Origin: Coriobacteriia bacterium
GTDB lineage: Bacteria > Actinomycetota > Coriobacteriia > Anaerosomatales > JBAZZO01
DNA length: 64,000 nt
Reading direction: 5' to 3'
Assembly: GCA_041658765.1 (NCBI GenBank)
Contig: JBAZZO010000012.1
Coordinates: forward strand, 5,387 to 69,386
Positions within the stretch are counted from its first letter, which is position 1. Each line of letters begins with the position of its first letter. The translations under genes and the position numbers were made by a program. The notes beneath the pieces were generated by a model that ran no database searches, was not told the origin of the DNA, and saw nothing but the letters and a program-made list of their open reading frames with translations. This document shows positions 54,706 through 64,000 of this stretch, one piece after another.

Positions 54706-56512
54706 CCTGTGGCCGCGGCTCGAGCCGCTGCTCTCGGGGGTCGAGCGGCCCGCGCGATACGTCGACCGCGAGTGGGGCGCGCGCCACGATGAGTCCGAGT
54801 ACGTCGTCGGTCTCGTCTACCCGGACACCTACGAGCTAGGCATGGCGAATTCCGCGCTCGCGATCCTCTACGAACGGCTGAACGCGCTGCCGGGGGTCTC
54901 GGCCGAGCGCGCCTACGTGCCATGGGTCGACATGGCTTCGGCGCTGCGCTGTGCCGGCGTCCCGCTCCCCACGCTGGAATCGTGCGCGCCGCTTCGAGAC
55001 TGCGATCTCGTCGGGATCACCCTGCCCTACGAGCTCACGTACACGAACGTGCTGGAGGTCCTCGACCTGGCGGGGATCCCCCTGCGCGCCGCCGATCGCG
55101 GCGCCGGAGATCCGTTCGTGATCGGAGGCGGGCCCTGCGCCTTCCAGCCGGAGCCCGTCGCACCCTTCTTCGACGCGATACTCCTCGGCGACGGCGAGGA
55201 GGCGGTCGTCGATATCGTCGAGGCCCACCGCAAGGCGCTGTCCTCCGGCGCCACTCGCGAGTCGACGCTGCGCGTGCTCGCCGAGGTCCCCGGCGTCTAC
55301 GTGCCGTCTCTGCACCTGCCGGGTAGCGCCGCCGTCGTGTCGAAGCGCGTGCTCGCCGACCTCGCGGCGACGCGGGCGCCGGTGTGCCCGGTCGTGCCGT
55401 TCGTCGAGGCCGTGCACGACCGTGCGACGGTCGAGGTCCTGCGCGGTTGCAGCAGGGGCTGCCGGTTCTGCCAGGCGGGGATGGTCTATCGCCCCGTCCG
55501 GGAGCGGTCGGCGGACGGGATCGTGCGCGACGTCATGGCCGCGCTCGCGTGCACGGGCTACGAGGAGGTCTCGCTGACCTCGCTGTCGACGACCGACCAC
55601 TCTCGCATCGAAGAGGTGCTCCGCCGCCTGACCTCGAGGCTGCGCGGCATGGGCGTGACCGTCTCCCTCCCGTCGTTGCGCGTCGACTCGTTCGGCATCG
55701 AGCTGGCGCGGCTGGCGTCGGGAGGCGGGCGCAAGAGCGGGCTCACGCTCGCTCCGGAGGCGGGCACGCAGCGCCTTCGCGACGTCGTGAACAAGAACGT
55801 GTCGGAGGAGGACCTCATCGACGCGGTGAGGGCCGCCGTCGGCTCCGGCTGGAGAAGGGTGAAGCTCTACTTCATGATCGGCCTTCCCACGGAGACCGAC
55901 GAGGACGTCGCCGCCATCGGCTCTCTCGTCTCCCGCGTTGTCGCGACGGCGCGCGCTCAGGTGGCGCCGGGCGAGCGGGGAGCGCTGCGCATCGCTGTGT
56001 CCGTGTCGACGTTCGTCCCGAAGGCGCACACGCCGTTCCAGTGGGAGGTCCAGCCCGGTCTCGAGGAGATACGCCGCCGCCAGGGAGTCTTGCGCGACGC
56101 GATGCCCCGCAAGGGGGTCGAGCTCTCGTGGCACGACCCGGAGGTCTCGTTCCTGGAGGCGGCCTTCGCCCGCGGCGGGCGCGAGCTGTCCGACGTCGTC
56201 GAGGCCGCGTGGCGCGCCGGCGCTGTCTTCCAGGGGTGGAGCGACCACTTCTCGCTGCCGAGGTGGGTCGCCGCGTTCGAGAAGTGCGGACTCGACGCCA
56301 AAGAAGCGGCGTCCGCGGTCCGCGTCCCCGGCACCGCACTCCCGTGGTCGCACCTGTCGGCCGGTCTCGACGAGGTCTTCCTCCTCGAGGAGCGCGAACG
56401 CGCGCTGCGTGGCGAGCGCACGGGCGACTGCGCGGCCGAGGGATGCGTGGAGTGCGGTGTGTGTCCCGCGCTCGGCGCGGACGTGCGCATCGAGGGCGAG
56501 CGCCGTGGGTAA
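54683..56512 (+). CDS. radical SAM protein with N-terminal B12-binding-like domain (TIGR03960-type)
   Basis: CSRGCRFCQAG radical SAM cluster motif. Conserved pairing with the downstream DUF2344 gene. Confidence 0.85.
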   Translation: MTVRPRADLWPRLEPLLSGVERPARYVDREWGARHDESEYVVGLVYPDTYELGMANSALAILYERLNALPGVSAERAYVPWVDMASALRCAGVPLPTLESCAPLRDCDLVGITLPYELTYTNVLEVLDLAGIPLRAADRGAGDPFVIGGGPCAFQPEPVAPFFDAILLGDGEEAVVDIVEAHRKALSSGATRESTLRVLAEVPGVYVPSLHLPGSAAVVSKRVLADLAATRAPVCPVVPFVEAVHDRATVEVLRGCSRGCRFCQAGMVYRPVRERSADGIVRDVMAALACTGYEEVSLTSLSTTDHSRIEEVLRRLTSRLRGMGVTVSLPSLRVDSFGIELARLASGGGRKSGLTLAPEAGTQRLRDVVNKNVSEEDLIDAVRAAVGSGWRRVKLYFMIGLPTETDEDVAAIGSLVSRVVATARAQVAPGERGALRIAVSVSTFVPKAHTPFQWEVQPGLEEIRRRQGVLRDAMPRKGVELSWHDPEVSFLEAAFARGGRELSDVVEAAWRAGAVFQGWSDHFSLPRWVAAFEKCGLDAKEAASAVRVPGTALPWSHLSAGLDEVFLLEERERALRGERTGDCAAEGCVECGVCPALGADVRIEGERRG

Positions 56513-57197
56513 CGGGCTGTTCCGTCTCAGGATCTGCTTCTCGAAGACGGGGCGTCTGCGCTGGTTGGCGCACCTGGAGGTCGTGCGCGCGTTCGAGCGC
56601 GCGGTGCGCCGGGCCCCACTGGAGTATGCTGTGACGCAAGGGTTCAACCCGAAGCTGCGGATAGCCTTTGGGCCGGCGCTGCCGGTCGGTACGGCCGGCG
56701 AGCGCGAGTGGGCGGATGTCTGGCTCACTCGGCACGCGCCCGCCGCGGGGCTGCTCGAGAGGCTTCGGGAGGTGTCGGCGCAGGACCTGGCGCCGATCCA
56801 GGCGGGGTTCGTGGCACCGGGCGGGGCGTCTCTCTCGGCGGTGCTGACGGTGGCTAGATACGAGGTCGTCGTGGAAGGGGACGATATCGGCAAGGACCGG
56901 ATGCAAGCGGCGCTGGACGCGGTGCTCGCGACCGGCGAGCTGGCGGTGGAACACAAGGGCAACACCAAGGTTTTCGGTCTCGCGCTCAGTCTCCCGGAGG
57001 AGCCCAGCGCGAGCACCGTCGAAGGGCGGACGGTGGTGCGCGTCACGACGCGCATCGGCGAGCACGGCTCGCTCCGCCCCGAAGCCCTCGTGACCGCCTC
57101 GATCGCCCGTGCGGGACTCGCAGGCGCCGTCCGATCGGTGGCGCGGACAGACCTGCTCGTCGAATGTGAGGACGGGGTCGCGCGTCGCCCGTTGTGA
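56505..57197 (+). CDS. DUF2344 (TIGR03936) family protein
   Basis: GTG at 56505 overlaps the radical SAM gene by 8 nt. Translation starts FRLRICFSKTGRLRWLAHLEVVRAFERAVRRA. Confidence 0.75.
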   Translation: MGNGLFRLRICFSKTGRLRWLAHLEVVRAFERAVRRAPLEYAVTQGFNPKLRIAFGPALPVGTAGEREWADVWLTRHAPAAGLLERLREVSAQDLAPIQAGFVAPGGASLSAVLTVARYEVVVEGDDIGKDRMQAALDAVLATGELAVEHKGNTKVFGLALSLPEEPSASTVEGRTVVRVTTRIGEHGSLRPEALVTASIARAGLAGAVRSVARTDLLVECEDGVARRPL

Positions 57198-57212
57198 CGG
57201 GAGTCGCGACCG

Positions 57213-58700
57213 ATGACGGTCACAGTGCGCGAGATGCTCATCTCGCACGACATGAGCGAGACGCGCGTCGCCCTGCTCGAGGACGGCAAGCTCGTCGAGC
57301 TCTACATCGAACGGCCCAAACGCTCGGTGGTGGGCAACGTCTACCTGGGCAGGGTCAAGGACGTCCTGCCGGGGATGCAGGCGGCATTCGTCGACATCGG
57401 GCTGGAGAAGAACGCCTTCCTCTACGTCGACGAGGTCGTGGCGCCCGAAGGCTTCGAGGACGTGCCGCGCCGGGACATCCAGCAGCTGCTCAAGCCCGGG
57501 CAGCAGGTGATGGTGCAGGTCCTGAAGGACTCGATGGGCACGAAGGGCTCTCGCATCACCACCGAGATCTCACTCCCGGGGCGCTTCCTCGTGCTGATGC
57601 CGTTCTCCGAGTTCGTCGGTGTCTCGCGCAAGCTTCCCGAGGAGGAGCGCGACCGCCTCTACGAGATCGTCGCCCCGCTGGTCCCGCAAGGGCTGGGCGT
57701 CATCGTGCGCACCGCCGCTCAGGGCAGCTCCGCGCGCGACGTCGCTTCCGACATGGAGTTCCTGCTGCGCCTGTGGAAGCGCGTTCGACACCAGGCGAAG
57801 GAGGGGCTGGCCCCCGAGGTCGTCTACACGGAGATGGACCTTGCGCTGCGCCTCGTGCGCGACGTCTTCAACGAGGACTTCCGCCGGCTGATCATCGACG
57901 ACAAGCAGGTCTTCGAGAAGGTCGTCTCCTTCCTCAAGAAGACGTCGGGCGAGCTCGTGCGTCGCGTCATGTTGCACAAGGAGCGCGTGCCGCTCTTCGA
58001 CTTCTTCGACCTGCAGCCGACGATCGACTCGGCGCTCTCGCGCTCGGTCGAGCTGCACAGCGGCGGTCACGTCAACGTCGACCGGACCGAGGCGCTGACG
58101 GCCATCGACGTGAACACGGGCAAGTTCGTCGGGAAGCACAACCTCGAGGAGACGATCCTGCGCACGAACCTCGAGGCGGCGGACGAGGCCGTCCGCCAGC
58201 TGCGCCTGCGCGACATCGGCGGGATCATCGTCATCGACTTCATCGACATGGAGGAATCCAGGCACCGCACGGAGGTCTTCGCGCGGCTCAATCGCGCGCT
58301 CGAGGCCGACCGCACGAAGACGCGCGTGACCGAGATCAGCCGCCTCGGGCTCGTCGAGATGACACGGAAGAACGTCACCGAGGGCCTCTACGGGATCCTC
58401 ACCGAGCAGTGTCCGTGCTGCCACGGGGAAGGCCGCGTCCTCTCCGACGTCACGAAGCGGATCATGGTCGTCCGCCGCATGCGCGAGATCCTCGAGGGAG
58501 GCCGCTCGCCCGCGTACCTGTTCGGGCTCCATCCGGAGACGTACGCCCTGGTCAGGGCGCCGGGCCAGAACGCGATAGCGACGCTTCGCGCCGAGACGGG
58601 CAAGCAGGTCGAGATCGTCACCGACCCAGACACCGAGCCCACGGGGGTGAGCATCCTCATCGAGGGGAAGGCCGGACTGTTGAAGCGGGCGCTCGAGTAG
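57213..58700 (+). CDS. rng: ribonuclease E/G family protein
   Basis: S1 domain (GNVYLGRVKDVLPGMQAAFVDIG), catalytic core (IDVNTGKFVG, IIVIDFIDM) and Zn-link CPCCHGEG. Confidence 0.9.
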   Translation: MTVTVREMLISHDMSETRVALLEDGKLVELYIERPKRSVVGNVYLGRVKDVLPGMQAAFVDIGLEKNAFLYVDEVVAPEGFEDVPRRDIQQLLKPGQQVMVQVLKDSMGTKGSRITTEISLPGRFLVLMPFSEFVGVSRKLPEEERDRLYEIVAPLVPQGLGVIVRTAAQGSSARDVASDMEFLLRLWKRVRHQAKEGLAPEVVYTEMDLALRLVRDVFNEDFRRLIIDDKQVFEKVVSFLKKTSGELVRRVMLHKERVPLFDFFDLQPTIDSALSRSVELHSGGHVNVDRTEALTAIDVNTGKFVGKHNLEETILRTNLEAADEAVRQLRLRDIGGIIVIDFIDMEESRHRTEVFARLNRALEADRTKTRVTEISRLGLVEMTRKNVTEGLYGILTEQCPCCHGEGRVLSDVTKRIMVVRRMREILEGGRSPAYLFGLHPETYALVRAPGQNAIATLRAETGKQVEIVTDPDTEPTGVSILIEGKAGLLKRALE

Positions 58701-58712
58701 GCTGCGGGCCGT

Positions 58713-58741
58713 TTGACGTGCAGGAGAGCAGGTGCTAGCAT
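58713..58741 (+). promoter_or_regulatory. putative sigma-70 promoter TTGACG-17 nt-(TGc)TAGCAT for rplU-rpmA
   Basis: -35 element at 58713..58718 and extended -10 at 58733..58741, 38 nt upstream of the rplU ATG. Confidence 0.55.
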
Positions 58742-58779
58742 TTCCCCTCGCGTATCCACCCGAGAGTGAGGCTTCAAGG

Positions 58780-59391
58780 ATGTATGCTGTCGTCGCCACC
58801 GGCGGGAAGCAGGTCAAGGTAGAAGAGGGGTCCGTCACCGTCGTCGAGAAGCTCGACGTGCCGGTGGGCGGGACACTCACCCTGCCTGCGATCTTCGTTG
58901 CCGACGGGGAGGGCATCCACGTCGGTGCCGGCGCCGCGAACGCGGCCGTCACCGTCGAGATAGTCGAGCATTTCAAGGGCGAGAAGTCGGTCATCTTCAA
59001 GTTCAAGAAGCGCAAGGGCTACAAGCGCCTCAAGGGACATCGCCAGAACCTCACCAAGATCCTCGTGACGGGCATCGCGCTCGACGGCGCGAAGCCGGCG
59101 AAGGCCGCGAAGGCGAAGGCCGAGCCGAAGGCGCCCGCAGCGAAGAAGCCGGCAGCCGCGAAGAAGGCTCCCGCCGCGAAGAAGCCGGCCGCGAAGAAGC
59201 CGGCGGCAGCCGCCAAGAAGCCGGCAGCCGCGAAGAAGCCGGCAGCCGCGAAGAAGCCGGCCGCGCCGAAGAAGGCCCCGGCCGCCAAGAAGCCGGCCGC
59301 AGTGAAGAAGGCCCCGGCCGCGAAGAAGCCGGCGGCCGATGAGAAGCCGAAGCGCGCCACGCGCAGCAAGAAGGCGGACGCCGAGGGCTAG
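58780..59391 (+). CDS. rplU: 50S ribosomal protein L21 with a ~100-aa Ala/Lys/Pro-rich C-terminal extension
   Basis: The core MYAVVATGGKQVKVEEG...KKRKGYKRLKGHRQ is canonical L21 (about 102 aa). It continues in frame into AKPAKAAKAKAEPKAPAAKKPAAAKK... Confidence 0.9.
   Translation: MYAVVATGGKQVKVEEGSVTVVEKLDVPVGGTLTLPAIFVADGEGIHVGAGAANAAVTVEIVEHFKGEKSVIFKFKKRKGYKRLKGHRQNLTKILVTGIALDGAKPAKAAKAKAEPKAPAAKKPAAAKKAPAAKKPAAKKPAAAAKKPAAAKKPAAAKKPAAPKKAPAAKKPAAVKKAPAAKKPAADEKPKRATRSKKADAEG
59086..59388 (+). repeat. coding low-complexity tandem repeat (unit about GCCGCGAAGAAGCCGGCA = AAKKPA, roughly 10 copies)
   Basis: Direct reading of 59101..59340. The repeat lies in frame within rplU. Confidence 0.85.
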
Positions 59392-59430
59392 CGCCCTTCT
59401 TTTCCGGATCTGGAAGGCAGGTCGTAGGTC

Positions 59431-59685
59431 ATGGCCCACAAGAAAGGTCTCGGCTCGACGAAGAACGGCCGCGACTCCAAGTCGAAGCGACTCGGGGTCA
59501 AGCGGTTCGCCGGCCAGGTAGTGACGGCCGGGTCGATCCTCGTGCGTCAGCGCGGCACCGCGCTCAAGCCCGGCAACAACGTCGGCCTCGGCCGCGACGA
59601 CACGCTGTTCGCGCTCATCGACGGCGTCGTCGATTTCACGCGCGGCAAGGACCGCCGCGTGCACGTGCGACCGGCGGAGGCCTAG
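59431..59685 (+). CDS. rpmA: 50S ribosomal protein L27
   Basis: Starts [24 protein letters not shown]. Confidence 0.93.
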   Translation: MAHKKGLGSTKNGRDSKSKRLGVKRFAGQVVTAGSILVRQRGTALKPGNNVGLGRDDTLFALIDGVVDFTRGKDRRVHVRPAEA

Positions 59686-59716
59686 CCGCCGACCGTCCTC
59701 GAAGAAGCGAAGATGA

Positions 59717-61087
<1,371 letters not shown>

Positions 61088-61091
61088 TACG

Positions 61092-62228
61092 ATGGGCTCC
61101 AGGAGGAACGGCAGAGGTGGGGTAGTGAGCAGCCGGACGATCGTCATCAAGCTCGGGAGTTCCACGGTCACGGGGCCCGACGGCCGTGTGGACGTGGCGT
61201 ACCTGAGCTCGCTCGCGGGGCAGGTTGCCCGCGTGCGCGAGAGCGGCGACCGGGTCGTCGTGGTGACCAGCGGCGCGATCGCCGCGGGAGTCGACGCGCT
61301 CGGTCTCGCCTCGCGTCCCTCCGACATGCCCGGCCTGCAGGCCGCGGCCTCCGTCGGCCAGGTGCGCCTGATCGGCGCCTACAAGCAGGCCTTCTCCGAG
61401 GCCGGCATACCGACCGGACAGGTGTTGCTCACCCGCCACGAGCTGGGGCATCGCCCCTCTTACGTGAACGCATGCCAGACGCTCGAGAGGCTGCTGGGGA
61501 TGGGCGTCGTGCCGGTCGTGAACGAGAACGACACCACCGCCGTGGACGAGATCCGCATGGGAGACAACGACCAGCTCGCTGCGCTCGTCGGCATCATGGT
61601 CCAGGCGGACCTGGTGGCGCTGCTCACCGACACCGAGGGGCTCTATTCCTCCGATCCTCGCACAGACGAGGACGCGAGCCTGGTCGCGCGCGTGGAGACG
61701 CTCACAGACGACGTCGTGGCGGCCGCGGGCGGCTCGGGAAGCGACGTCGGCTCGGGCGGCATGGCCACCAAGCTCGAGGCCGCGCGCGTGGCGATGAAGG
61801 CGGGCATCCCGCTGGTGGTCTGCGACGGGCATCGTCCCGACGTGGTCGTCGACGCGGCGGCGGGCGAGCCCGTGGGAACGTACTTCTGCGAAGGCGCGGA
61901 GTCGATCGCCGGACGAAAGCTGTGGATCGCGTACGGGAGCCCGGTGAAGGGCACCGTCGAGATAGACGACGGCGCACGCGACGCGCTGTGTTCGCGCGGG
62001 AAGAGCCTGCTCCCGGCGGGTGTCGTCGCGACATCGGGGAGCTTCGCCGCCGGGGACGCCGTCGACCTCGTCGACGCACGGGGCAAGGTCGTCGCGCGCG
62101 GGCTGAGCGCGATCTCCCGTGAGGACCTCGACCGCGTCAAGGGGATGAAGACTTCGGAGATATCGAAGATGATCCCGGATTGGGACGGCGGCGAGGTTGT
62201 CCATAGGGACTGCCTAGTCATACTGTGA
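61092..62228 (+). CDS. proB: glutamate 5-kinase (with PUA domain)
   Basis: Contains IVIKLGSSTV, VVTSGAIAAG and GGMATKLEAA motifs. The start may instead be GTG at 61125. Confidence 0.9.
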   Translation: MGSRRNGRGGVVSSRTIVIKLGSSTVTGPDGRVDVAYLSSLAGQVARVRESGDRVVVVTSGAIAAGVDALGLASRPSDMPGLQAAASVGQVRLIGAYKQAFSEAGIPTGQVLLTRHELGHRPSYVNACQTLERLLGMGVVPVVNENDTTAVDEIRMGDNDQLAALVGIMVQADLVALLTDTEGLYSSDPRTDEDASLVARVETLTDDVVAAAGGSGSDVGSGGMATKLEAARVAMKAGIPLVVCDGHRPDVVVDAAAGEPVGTYFCEGAESIAGRKLWIAYGSPVKGTVEIDDGARDALCSRGKSLLPAGVVATSGSFAAGDAVDLVDARGKVVARGLSAISREDLDRVKGMKTSEISKMIPDWDGGEVVHRDCLVIL

Positions 62229-62256
62229 GGTAACCGCGAACGGTAGGAGGGTAGAA

Positions 62257-63510
62257 ATGTCCGAAGTGCTCGATCTCGCCCTCGCCGCCCGCGAGGCCTC
62301 ACGCAAGCTCGCGGTGACCTCGAGCGACCAGCGCAACCGCGCGCTGCTCTCGATGTCGCACGCGCTGCTCACGCGCCAGGAGGAGATACTCGCCGCCAAC
62401 GAGGCCGACGTCGCCGCGGCGCGCGTGAAGAACACCGCGGCCCCGCTCGTCGACAGGCTGGCGCTCGATCCCGCGCGCATCAAGTCGATGGCCGAGGCGC
62501 TCAAGGCGCTCTCGATCCTGCCCGACCCCATCGGCGAGCTCGTGCGCGGCTCGCGTCTGGCGAACGGCATCTGGCTCCAGCAGGTGAGAGTGCCCATCGG
62601 CGTCGTCGCGATGATCTACGAGGCGCGCCCGAACGTGACCGTCGACGCGGCGGGGCTTTGCGTGAAGACCGGCAACGCGGTGATCCTGCGCGGCGGCTCG
62701 ATGGCCGCGAACTCGAACGCGGCGCTCACGCGCGTGCTGCAGTCCGCCGCGGTCGGCGCCGGGCTGCCCGAGACGTGCGTGCAGTCGGTGCTCTCCACCG
62801 ATCGCGAGGCCGCCGAAGAACTGATGCGCCTGCACGGCTACATCGACGTGCTCATCCCACGCGGCGGCGCCGGCCTCATCCGTAGTGTCGTCGAGAACGC
62901 GAAGGTCCCGGTCATCGAGACGGGCGTGGGCAACTGCCACATCTACATCCACAGCGGCGCGAACGCCGAGATGGCCAAGCGCATCGTCGTGAACGCGAAG
63001 GTGCAGCGCCCGGGCGTGTGCAACGCCGCCGAGAGCATCCTGTGCGACGCGGACGTCTACGAGACGATCCTGCCGCCCGTGCTCAAGGCGCTCGAGTCGG
63101 AGGGCGTGACCATCTACGCCGACGACCGCACGCGCTCTCTCGGCGCGGTCATGCGCATCGAGGCCGCGACCGAGGAGGACTGGGCGACCGAGTATCTCGA
63201 CCTGAAGATATCGTGCAAGATCGTCAGCGGCCTCGACGAGGCGATCACCCACATCAACACGTACGGGACGAAGCATTCCGAGGCGATCGTCACCGGCGAC
63301 TACGAGGCGGCGAAGCGCTTCCTCGACGAGATCGACGCGGCGGCCGTGTACGTGAACGCCTCGACGCGCTTCACCGACGGCGGCGAGTTCGGCCTTGGCG
63401 CCGAGATCGGCATCTCGACCCAGAAACTCCACGCCCGCGGCCCGATGGGCCTCGAGGCGCTGACGACCACGAAATTCATGGCGATGGGGAGCGGTCAGAT
63501 CCGGACGTGA
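62257..63510 (+). CDS. proA: glutamate-5-semialdehyde dehydrogenase
   Basis: Contains ILRGGS, CNAAESIL and HSEAIVT motifs. 417 aa. Confidence 0.92.
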   Translation: MSEVLDLALAAREASRKLAVTSSDQRNRALLSMSHALLTRQEEILAANEADVAAARVKNTAAPLVDRLALDPARIKSMAEALKALSILPDPIGELVRGSRLANGIWLQQVRVPIGVVAMIYEARPNVTVDAAGLCVKTGNAVILRGGSMAANSNAALTRVLQSAAVGAGLPETCVQSVLSTDREAAEELMRLHGYIDVLIPRGGAGLIRSVVENAKVPVIETGVGNCHIYIHSGANAEMAKRIVVNAKVQRPGVCNAAESILCDADVYETILPPVLKALESEGVTIYADDRTRSLGAVMRIEAATEEDWATEYLDLKISCKIVSGLDEAITHINTYGTKHSEAIVTGDYEAAKRFLDEIDAAAVYVNASTRFTDGGEFGLGAEIGISTQKLHARGPMGLEALTTTKFMAMGSGQIRT

Positions 63511-64000
63511 GGAAGAAACCGCGCCTCGGGATCATGGGTGGGACGTTCGATCCCATCCATTTCGGCCACCTCGTGGCGGCCGAAGAAGCGCTCGTCCAGT
63601 TCAACCTGGACCGGGTGGTCTTCATGCCCACGGGGCGTCCCGCCGCGAAGCTCGAGCAGCCCGTGACCTCGCCCGAGCACCGCTACCTCATGACCGTCAT
63701 CGCCACCGCGGCGAACCCCGATTTCGAGGTCTCGCGCATGGAGATCGACCGGCCGGGGCCGACGTTCACCGCCGACACGATGGCCGAGATGCGCCGCTCG
63801 CTGGGACCCGCCGCCGAGCTCTACTTCGTGTCGGGCGCCGATGCGGTGTGGGAGATCCTCACGTGGAAGGACGCCGAGCGCCTGGGGAACCTCTGCTCGT
63901 TCATCGCGGCCACGCGCCCCGGATACGACCTCGCGGGCTTCGAGGAGCGCCTGAAGGCCCTCTCGTGGGCTCCCAGGGTCGACATCATCGAGGTGCCCGC
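63507..64000 (+). CDS. nadD: nicotinate-nucleotide adenylyltransferase, 3'-truncated by the window edge
   Basis: GTG overlaps the proA stop (GTGA). Translation begins RLGIMGGTFDPIHFGHLVAAEEA. No stop codon within the window. Confidence 0.85.
   Translation, partial: MRKKPRLGIMGGTFDPIHFGHLVAAEEALVQFNLDRVVFMPTGRPAAKLEQPVTSPEHRYLMTVIATAANPDFEVSRMEIDRPGPTFTADTMAEMRRSLGPAAELYFVSGADAVWEILTWKDAERLGNLCSFIAATRPGYDLAGFEERLKALSWAPRVDIIEVP

Noticed and set aside
54836-57289. 817-aa minus-strand ORF antisense to the radical SAM and DUF2344 genes
   Set aside because: Same reasoning as the other shadow ORFs. The plus-strand genes carry diagnostic motifs (CSRGCRFCQAG), while the antisense frame is low-complexity.
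59086-59388. Tandem 18-nt repeats considered as a possible CRISPR or VNTR locus
   Set aside because: The repeats are contiguous with no spacers. They stay in frame with rplU and encode a coherent AKP-rich tail, so this is a coding low-complexity repeat and not a CRISPR array.

Overview
High-GC (roughly 65-70% by eye) bacterial chromosomal window, densely coding, with about 70 genes and many 1-8 nt start/stop overlaps. The gene content suggests an anaerobic, rod-shaped, high-GC Gram-positive (Actinomycetota-like) organism; that taxonomic call is inference only. Left to right: RNase D, exonuclease VII (xseAB), a heme-c/GGDEF diguanylate cyclase, a HIT protein, a 2Fe-2S/ASKHA (RACo-like) protein, acetyl-CoA synthetase, hemE-hemH-hemY, IMPase and a fused transketolase. 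Next comes a membrane-bound group-1 hydrogenase operon on the minus strand (small subunit, large subunit, cytochrome b, maturation protease). Then: a HAD hydrolase, a Crp/Fnr regulator, a b5-like protein, a RumA-type methyltransferase, a REC-PilT ATPase, OsmC, a GT2 / LmbE-type deacetylase / BshC-like trio, and a lower-GC 1038-aa secreted multidomain protein. These are followed by a small ferredoxin, plsY, a lipid kinase, tRNA-Arg(CCG), an EF-G paralog, a cyclophilin lipoprotein, a TPR protein, ndk, a four-subunit group-3b-like NiFe hydrogenase, rnfCDGEAB plus a NusG-II protein and a Gx transporter. The window ends with radC, mreBCD-mrdA-rodA, a radical-SAM/DUF2344/RNase G block, rplU-rpmA-obg, proBA and nadD. 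The main result is that the group-1 large subunit is not truncated. Its apparent TGA stop sits where the C-terminal Ni-ligand Cys normally lies (DP-U-IGCGVH), so this is a selenocysteine-recoded [NiFeSe] hydrogenase; the supporting evidence is in the first finding. Other leads are a possible variant low-molecular-weight-thiol cluster, a low-GC secreted protein island, an orphan REC-PilT, an L21 with a 100-aa Ala/Lys/Pro tail, and a recurrent TGnTAGnnT extended -10 promoter motif. No CRISPR arrays, IS elements, rRNA genes or recognisable defence systems were seen.
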